DNA from: Phaeosaccion multiseriatum
Lineage: Eukaryota; Protista; Ochrophyta, other classes
DNA length: 64,000 nucleotides
Direction: 5' to 3'
Assembly (NCBI GenBank): GCA_965112735.1
Contig: OZ218955.1
Span: forward strand, 1,612,001 to 1,676,000
Numbering within the stretch: the first letter of the stretch is position 1; every line of letters starts with the position of its first letter. The position numbers and the translations under genes were made by a program. Below the pieces are notes generated by a model, which had not been told where the DNA came from, did not search any database, and was given only the letters and a program-made list of their open reading frames with translations. This document shows, piece by piece, positions 53,003 through 61,005 of the stretch.

Positions 53003-56000
53003 CCTCCCTCCTCCTCTTCCTTCTCCGGGTTCTCAGCATTGTACTCGTACGCACCCCTCTCCTCCTCCTCTCCATCACCACGCCTGAGAAGGTCGTCCTC
53101 CTCTTCATCGGTTCTCTCCTCTTCCTCTTCCTCCTCCTCCTCCTCTCCTTCAAATCCATCGCCAGCAGCAGAAGGACCAGGGACACGGAGAGAGACAGGA
53201 CCCCTCTGTGAGCTTCTCACCACACCAGCAGTCTGGTGCCCCCTGTCTCCCCTGCCCCCGCTACCCCCGCTCCTCTTCGCTGCCTTCGCTGCCCTTGCCC
53301 CTCTTGCCGGTGCGGCCGCCATCACCTCGTCCTCCTCGTCCTCGTCCTGCCCCTCCCCGCCCATCTCCCTCAGCAGCTGCTGCTTGACAGCGGCGTCGAC
53401 ACTCCGCTGCACGCCCTCGAGCCTTCGAGCCACTGCCGCAGGGCGAGTCTGCCTTCGAAACTCCGCCGACCTTTTGAGCTCATCGATAGACGACGCACCC
53501 ACCCCTCGCAACCCCCCCATGCTGTTACCAAACACGTCATCTTCATCGTAATCACCATCTCTTGTTCCTGCCTCTTGTTGTCTTTTCCAAGTTCCTGTGG
53601 ACAGGAGGTCTCCTCTGACGCGCCCCCGGTGGGCTTCCACTGCCCCTGCCACATTGTTGTCACCCAGCTCATCATCATCATCATCATCATCATCATGTTC
53701 GTCATCATCGTCATCCTCCTCGTGCTCGTAGTAGTCATCTGTTCGAAACATCACAGATGGCAGCAGATGACAGCAGATGGCAGGAGGTGAGAGAGAGACA
53801 GAGAGAGAGAGAGCCACAGGCGAAGGGACACAAAAAATGAACCAGATATACCTACTCCTCTCCTCTCCAAAAGAATGGGACCAGATATACCTACTCCTCT
53901 CCTCTCGGCTGGCGCCCCTCGCTTCGCTCACCTCTTCGCAAGGGACTCCCACTACCATAGCTCTGAGAAAGCTCCTTCGACCCTCCGCCTCCTCCTCTGC
54001 TCTTGCTGCTCCTCCTCCTGGCTGTGGTCCTGCCACTGCTCCAGGTGCTGTTTCCGTCGATGCGGCGGTCGATATCTGCCAGAGAGTGCTGCACACTAGC
54101 GGACTGCCGGGCCTCGCTGTGTGTGTGTGTGTGGGGGGGGGGGGGGGAGGGGGCGGGGGACAAGCACACAACATTGATTGTTCAGTTTGAGTTCCAATTG
54201 TGTGGCCATTTCGACCTTCACCTCATCTCGATCACAGATGACAGAGATCATCTACGTCTACGTATCTGCCCAAGTACGTATCTACCTACCTGCCTTTCTC
54301 CCTCCCTCCCTACCTACCTCCCCACCTACGTTCTTACCTACCTCCCTACCTACCAACCTCCCTCCCTCCCTACCCACCACCCTACCCACCATACACCTTA
54401 CCTAGGTATGGTCTTCTCATACAAGTCCATCAGATCATCAACCTGTCCATCCGAGAGCAACTCGCCCTCCGCACAGTGCAGGAGGAGATCTCCCGCAGTC
54501 TGCATGGCCCACAGGACGGAGCTGTCCTCATCGATGGCGACGGCTGTATTCGACTTGAGGGACTTGAACACCACTCTCTGGGCCTGCTGTCGAGCGGGCT
54601 TGAGCCCCCAAGCTCTGGCGACTGCTCGACACACATCACCAACGTCCATACCTCGCTTCACCTCCAGGTCCTTCACCTCTCTGCCCCGGGGAGGACCGCG
54701 AGGAGGGTTTCCGGTTCGGATGTTCAAACGCCAAGAAGAAGGGATTTGGCTTGCGGCTGGTGCAGCTCTCTTCGGCCTCGAAACAGCTGGCTTGTTGGCC
54801 GGCTGCTGCTGCTGCTGTTGCTGCTGGTTCTGCTCGCTGATGCTCCTTCGAAGCTCTGCTAAATCCCTCTCATATCTATCCAAGCTCACCTGGGCCTCTA
54901 CATTGGTGCTGGTGCTCTTCTTCCTCGCGCCGCTTGCTTCCCCTGCCCCGTCGTCGTCGTCCTGCAGCTCTCCAGCATTGCTACCCTTCCCTCCATACAA
55001 CCCACCTCCACTCTTTAAGGCCCGCAGCTCTTCTAACGCCCCCTCCATACTCGTCCTCACCCCCTCCAAGCTGTCGTCCACAAGCCCTCCAAGCAGACGA
55101 GGGAGGCCAGCTTCGAGGTCTCTCATGCGCTTCTCCATCACCTGGTGGGTAGTGAGCGAGTGAGTGAGGGGGGAGGGAGGGAGGGAGGGAGGGGAGGGAG
55201 GGAGAAAGTGAGTGAGTGAGTTTGTGAGTGAGTGAGTGAGTGTGGTGAGAGAAATGGGGTGGATGAGTGAGTGAGAGAGTGAGTGAGAGAGTGAGTGCGG
55301 AGGTGGAAGGAGGAACGGTGGAGGGCGAGGGGTGGGGGTGCGGGTAGTGATGAACGCGGAAAGACAAAGGCAGGAGACTTGTCGTCGCATGCGCCAAGAT
55401 AAAACCCGGCGGCACGAAGACGAACACGAGCACAACAACAAACACAACTACAACCACAAAAACACGAACACAATCACAAACATAAACACTAGGCGACGAT
55501 TCACACACCTCCGTCACCTCCATTTCCTGCGCCTTCCTCAAGCCGTCCTCTCGAGACATACCCCACTGGAGCTGCTGCTGCATCAGCCCCACGAGCGTCG
55601 CCACTTGCCCAGCCACCTTCTCATCCCCTCCTCCTCTTCTGCCGCCGCACCCCCTCGCCTCGGGATCAGTCACCACAAGAGTACTCTCCGACGGTATCTT
55701 GCACTCCTCAAGGGTGGCGTCAGGGTGAAGATGCACACCCCTGTGCAAGATGGATGCGCTCTGTGAAAGGAGCGACGGTCGAGCACCAACAGCCCCCCCC
55801 CCCTCCCCATCCTGCCCTGCACCCCTGTCTCTGTTATCTGTAGTCGCCGTTTGTGAAGCGGCGCGCCCAACCTTGGCCAGCAGCATCGCCACGGTAGCTT
55901 TCTTCTCGATGAGAACCTCCACGCACACGCCGCTGTTTCCTCCTCCTCCTCCTCCTCCTCCTCCTCTGCCTCCGATGCCCCCTTCCCGGCCCCCCTCAAC

Positions 56001-56396
56001 GCCTTCCTCTGCGGCAGCGGTTTCCATCGGAGGCAGCTGAACGAATAGGACCAGCTGCTGCTGCTCCTCTATACTGGCCATTGCAGCGGCCTTAGCCTTT
56101 GCCAACGCTCTCTCTGCCGCTGCGTCCGTCTCTCTCTCTGCTGTCATTGCCACAGTAGCTGCCGCCGCCGCCGCCGCCGCCGCTGCTGCTGCCGCCGCAT
56201 CTCGCTCCTCCTGAGTCCCCCCACCACCCCCTCCTCGACCTCCTCCCCCATGCTTGCGTCCAATGTGTTGCTGTAGGTACACCTCCCCTGTGAAAATCTT
56301 GCCGCAAGTGAGGCAAGAATGGTGTCCCTCTGCCCCCCCTGCCCGACCCCTTCCTGCCTGCGGGGGGGGAGCCACAGCCAGCAGCTGCTCGTACCT

Positions 56397-56427
<31 letters not shown>

Positions 56428-56751
56428 GGGCGAGGCGAGGGTCGAGGAGTGGTGTATGGGTGCGTGGGGTGCCGGGGGGGTGCTGGGGATGAGTAGCGCG
56501 GATGGGAGGCGTATGGAGAGGAGCGAGTGAGGGGGTGGCGACGGGATGTAGGAACGGGCCTTCCGACGACGGATAGTAGCTCAGTTAGTCCTTCCTCTCC
56601 CTCTGGTTTCTGCACTCTGTCTTTCAGCCCTTTGACTACTGCCTGCCTGTTTGTCTGCCTGCGTGGACAACAGTTGACTGCCGTTCCTTGTCTCTGTCTC
56701 TGTCCCTCGTGCCTGCCCCTTTCTCTTTCTTTCTCTCTCTCTCATGTGTAC

Positions 56752-56793
<42 letters not shown>

Positions 56794-57847
56794 TTTCACG
56801 CACACTCTACACACCTGTTTATGGTCCTGCGCTTCTGCCGCACCTCCTTGCGGAGTCTCTTTTCGGTGTCTGAAAAGCGGTGTAAGCGGTGCCTGCCTTC
56901 CGTCAGCTCCCCCTGCAGCGCTCCGTATCTGATGGTAGTACATAGCAAATGCACCAGGACACAGACAGGGACATTGATAAACTGATGAACATTGCGCGTC
57001 AAGAGCACAGCAAGGGCGTGAAACAGGTATTGCTTCCCCCGCCCCTCCTCTTCAGAGAAGTTGGTCGTTCGACAGACCAGTCGACTCGCAGCGAAGCCTT
57101 CCTCCTCACCTCATTGCCAGTGTCTCTAGACTAGCGGCAAGAGTGTCCTGAACGCTAAGCAGGTACTCCAGCGTCAGCTGCGACAATTGAAAGAGCTTTA
57201 AAAACGTATCGTCGCTGTGCAACCGGAGGTCGTCTCCAGTAAGGTCACTGAAGGTGATGTTCTCCAGAAATTGCTGCAGCACCTCGACGTCCGTGTCTTC
57301 CACCACTTTCTGCATGTCAACCCTGCCGATGGCGCGGAGATCCAGTTTCCCTGTACGGGCCTAGTGGGCGCGGGATGGAGTAGAGAGAGAGGCGGGGTGG
57401 AAGGGAACGAAAGGAGGTTGCTCGTAAGAGGGCTATTGCAAGCACGAGGTACGATCTGTGAGACTATGGGTCACCTCACGTCCGTCTATGGGCGACCGAA
57501 GCGATGCACACGGGGAGGAAAACAGTAAACGAGCAACTTAGCATCCCCTCTCGAGCCCAACAAGAAGAGATTAAATCCTGCTGGCTGGTGAGGTTTGAAC
57601 CCACCTGGAAGTAAAAAGACCGCCGCTTCAGGATCTGATCCACCAGGCCGAAGGGCTCCCCATCCTTGAGAACGGGGATACCATGGTTGATACTTATGCT
57701 GCCCATGCCTAACCCAATACCGGTCAATCCATCGTTGTATTGCCCCGCGGCGGAGTCAGCAGCACCTTCCTTTCGCTTCTCCTCCCCCTCGTCATGGACA
57801 GAACCAGTACCAACGTACGCGGACTTTAGCGTCGGGATACCCGCCAT
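52435..57847 (-). CDS. DZIP1: DZIP1/Iguana-like ciliary protein (Dzip-like_N, coiled coil, C2H2 finger)
   Basis: Exons 57847-57605, 57360-57110, 56928-56815, 56394-~55518, 55141-54402, 54116-53956, 53738-52435, all in phase. FYFQARTGKLDLRAIGRVD..LQQFLENITF..LKLFQLSQLTLEYLL and CLTCGKIFTGEVYLQQHIGRKH. Confidence 0.88.
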
Positions 57848-57973
57848 GGAGCTTCGCTACGTGTAGCGTCCACTTCACTTTTTATGCCCCGGCCCGCCCA
57901 ACTGACACTCATTGACATATTCTCTCACATCCATCACTCACAAATGGTCACTTTGCCGTCCATCCCATTTTCC
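57848..57973. promoter_or_regulatory. Putative very compact bidirectional promoter (DZIP1-like / acidic protein)
   Basis: 36-126 bp between divergent ATG candidates. Confidence 0.5.
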
Positions 57974-60757
57974 ATGAGCGACGCTTCAGCCGCAGCAGCA
58001 GCAGCAGCAACAGAAACTGGAGCCGCAAGCCTTAATGAAGTAGAACTAGAACCGGAGGAGGGAAAGAGAGAGAACGCTTCCTCCGTCGATGCGAGTCTCA
58101 CGGAGCTGATAGGAGACTACGTCCACGGAGGCTCGCCGCTCGTTAGCCCCGTGATGGAGAGTCTACAGGGCGTCGTGCAAGGCGGCTCGTTCTCGGGAGA
58201 GGGGGGAGGTGGGGGAGAAGGAGGAGGTGAAGGAGGACGAGAAGACGACGACGAGGAAGAAGAAGACCTGTTCGGGTTTCGAGACTTTCGCGTGGTAAGT
58301 TCACCCGTGCGACCATCCTCCCCAGCGAACACCGGCGGAGGCGGAGGTGTGCCGACCGTAGAGGGATCGGAGTCGGCTGCCGAGAAGGAGGAGAAGGAGG
58401 GCGAGGAGGCTGAGGGTGGTGGCAGAGCAGCAGGTACTGATGCTGCTGCTGCTGGGATGGACAGAGAGAGCGAGGGAGGAGACGGAATGATCCCTTTGCC
58501 ATCATCCTTCCCTCTGCAGCTCCAACTGGAGCTTCAGACGGCGGCCGCAGCAGTTGACTCGGGCTCCGATGACGGTATGGCGGACGATGAGAAACGCATT
58601 CGAAGAGAGGACGGGGTGCATCGCCTTACGGAGATCATGGAGGAGGTGAGCAGGGCAGGTTCTTCGCCCTTCAGAAAGCAGCAGCAGGACAAGGAGGGTA
58701 GTGGGGGCATCCGGAGATTATCTTTGTTCTCATCCGAGCAGGCAGAGGAGCGAGAGGAGCAAGAGGGGCCAGAGGATGAGGACCAAGCAGAGGGTGCTGC
58801 GGAGGAGGAGCAGGAGGGCAAGAAAGAGGAGGAGGAGGAGGAGGAGGAGGAGGAGGAGGAAGAGGAGGAGGAGGAGGAGGAGAAGGAGGAGGAGGAGGAG
58901 GAAGGGGGAGGTATCGTCGTTTCGGCTGCTCCTGAGGGTGGTCTGATGGATGGAGGCTGGCCTGGGGCAGGAGACCAAGGCCAAGGCGGGGGGATGGCTG
59001 CTGGTGCCGATGAGGGGCAGGGTCCTGTCGACCCCTTCGAGGGGCTAGGGCTTGCCACCGTTGTTGACGACGTGCTTCCTCCTCTGGGTGCGGTGGCTCC
59101 TGTGTCGGATGATTTGGCTGTATCATCAGCAGGAGTGGGAGGAGGAGGAGGAGGAGAGGGAGCGGCGGGGCTTCCCATTCCGGCAGAAGAAGCACAGTCC
59201 GCACAACCAACACTACCTGAAGCAACATCAGAAGCAGCATCAGATGCATTAGTTGCGCCATCGGAGGATAAATCAGGACAGGGAGGGGATGGAGGAGAAG
59301 GAGCTGTTGTTGCACCACTTGGTGATGCAACAGTTGGTGATACAGCAGGAGAAGGAACAGAGGGGGGGAGAGGAGAAGACCTTCAAGAGGAAGCCGTGCC
59401 TGCTCTCCTGTCCTTCGACTCCCTAGAGTCTGCTTCTGCCGTATCACCAACTGCTGTTGCTCCCTCCGCGAATCCATTTGATGCATTCGCGGACATACAA
59501 GCAGAAAGCGACCAGCTAGAGACCAATACAGAAGCAGGGACGGAAGCAGGGGGGGGAGAAGAAGAAGAAGGAGGCAGGGGGGATGAAGGACAAGCAGAGA
59601 AGAAGGGGAAGGAGGCAGAGGAAGACCAAGACGACGACTGGGGTGATTTTGCGGACTTCACAGCCGCCGGACCAGAAGCTGTGGTCGCTTCTCCGCCGCC
59701 ACCACCACCACCACCACCACCACCAGCAACAACAACAACAGCAGCAGCAGCAGCAGCAACAACAACAACAGGAGCAGCAGCAAGTGCATTGACTGAGGGA
59801 GGTAACGATGACGACGACGACGAATGGGCCGAGTTTGGGGGAGCCACAACTTCTGTTGCGGTGGCGCAAGCCCCTGCTGTGCCGGACCCAGCAGCAGCAG
59901 CAGCAGCAGCAGCAGCTGGTGATACAGCAGGTACAGCAGCGGTAAAGGTAGCACCTTCTGCCGTGCGAGTGGGGGAGCCGACTGCCTCGCTCCTGGAGAG
60001 GGCTCAGAAAGTCTTCGCACTCGCCTTCCCTATCACTCCGGCGGCAGCGGGGAGCAGTAGTAGTAGTGACGGTTTCAGCAGGTTCGATAAGGAGAGCGAT
60101 GGCGGCGGCGACGGCGCGACTGCTGCATCATACCTCACGCAAACGGCCCGTATGTCTGCTCTTGTGCCGACCAACAAGGGCATGGTTGGAGCCCTCGCTG
60201 CAGGAGGCGATGATGCTGATGACCATGCATCCGCTCTATCGTCCTCTGCTCCCGCTACTGCTGCTGTTTCACCAACTGCTTCAGCTGTCCGGCGGCAACA
60301 GGAGGTTGAGGGGGGCGGCCTCAACGCCTGGGCCGTCGGGTGCCTTCTCAATGCCGTGGCTCCTGTCCCTGACGCGCTGGATGTGGATGATATTGACATC
60401 GAAGAGACGGACCCCGAGAAAGCGAGCCGGATACGAAGGGCGTCGTTTCAGTCTCCGGTGCTGCCCTTGTTACGTGTGGAGGACGAGGACGAGAGCGACT
60501 TGCCTTGGAACGGGGGGGGGTCCGCTTCCGCTTCCAAAGATGTAGCAGAGGAAACACTCAGCGGGTTCGGAGGAAAGGGCAGCAGTGAAGGCAGTAACAG
60601 TAGCAGCAGTAGTGGCAGCAGCGGTAGCGGTGGCAAGGAGAAGGGGCAGCAGCACAAGGCCACAGAAGGGTTCGAGGCTGGAAGCAGGAGCGGGGAGCTT
60701 GAAGCCAGTCAGAAGGGTGGGGAAGAAGATGGGCAGGCGGGAGCTATGCGAGACTAG
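57974..60757 (+). CDS. Acidic, disordered single-exon protein with clathrin-adaptor-binding-type motifs (aftiphilin/synergin-like)
   Basis: Uninterrupted ORF of more than 900 aa (in-frame ATGs at 57884, 57944, 57974). Contains DDDWGDFADF, DDEWAEFG, DLFGFRDF, NPFDAF and DPF in an acidic context. Confidence 0.7.
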   Translation: MSDASAAAAAAATETGAASLNEVELEPEEGKRENASSVDASLTELIGDYVHGGSPLVSPVMESLQGVVQGGSFSGEGGGGGEGGGEGGREDDDEEEEDLFGFRDFRVVSSPVRPSSPANTGGGGGVPTVEGSESAAEKEEKEGEEAEGGGRAAGTDAAAAGMDRESEGGDGMIPLPSSFPLQLQLELQTAAAAVDSGSDDGMADDEKRIRREDGVHRLTEIMEEVSRAGSSPFRKQQQDKEGSGGIRRLSLFSSEQAEEREEQEGPEDEDQAEGAAEEEQEGKKEEEEEEEEEEEEEEEEEEEKEEEEEEGGGIVVSAAPEGGLMDGGWPGAGDQGQGGGMAAGADEGQGPVDPFEGLGLATVVDDVLPPLGAVAPVSDDLAVSSAGVGGGGGGEGAAGLPIPAEEAQSAQPTLPEATSEAASDALVAPSEDKSGQGGDGGEGAVVAPLGDATVGDTAGEGTEGGRGEDLQEEAVPALLSFDSLESASAVSPTAVAPSANPFDAFADIQAESDQLETNTEAGTEAGGGEEEEGGRGDEGQAEKKGKEAEEDQDDDWGDFADFTAAGPEAVVASPPPPPPPPPPPATTTTAAAAAATTTTGAAASALTEGGNDDDDDEWAEFGGATTSVAVAQAPAVPDPAAAAAAAAAGDTAGTAAVKVAPSAVRVGEPTASLLERAQKVFALAFPITPAAAGSSSSSDGFSRFDKESDGGGDGATAASYLTQTARMSALVPTNKGMVGALAAGGDDADDHASALSSSAPATAAVSPTASAVRRQQEVEGGGLNAWAVGCLLNAVAPVPDALDVDDIDIEETDPEKASRIRRASFQSPVLPLLRVEDEDESDLPWNGGGSASASKDVAEETLSGFGGKGSSEGSNSSSSSGSSGSGGKEKGQQHKATEGFEAGSRSGELEASQKGGEEDGQAGAMRD

Positions 60758-61005
60758 AGAGAGGCACTCTAACTGCCTGAAGAGCCGATGCAAGAGGAGA
60801 GGAGAGGAGAGGAGAGGAGAGGCCTGTGCTCACCTACTTGACCAAAATAGACGTGCTGTCTTCCTTAGCGCCGTACGGAACAAGTACCACTGTATTGAAT
60901 CCTTCTTTTCTTCTTCTTCTCTCTCACTCCCCCTCTCTCTGTATCTCTCACTTTCTCGCTCATCTCTCTCATATACACGCGCCCACACACAACACCCCTG
61001 TACTC

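Noticed and set aside
59331-59453. Calling the inverted motif pair a bona fide hAT/MITE mobile element
   Set aside because: No target-site duplication, no second copy of the internal sequence and no transposase in the window; kept only as a finding.
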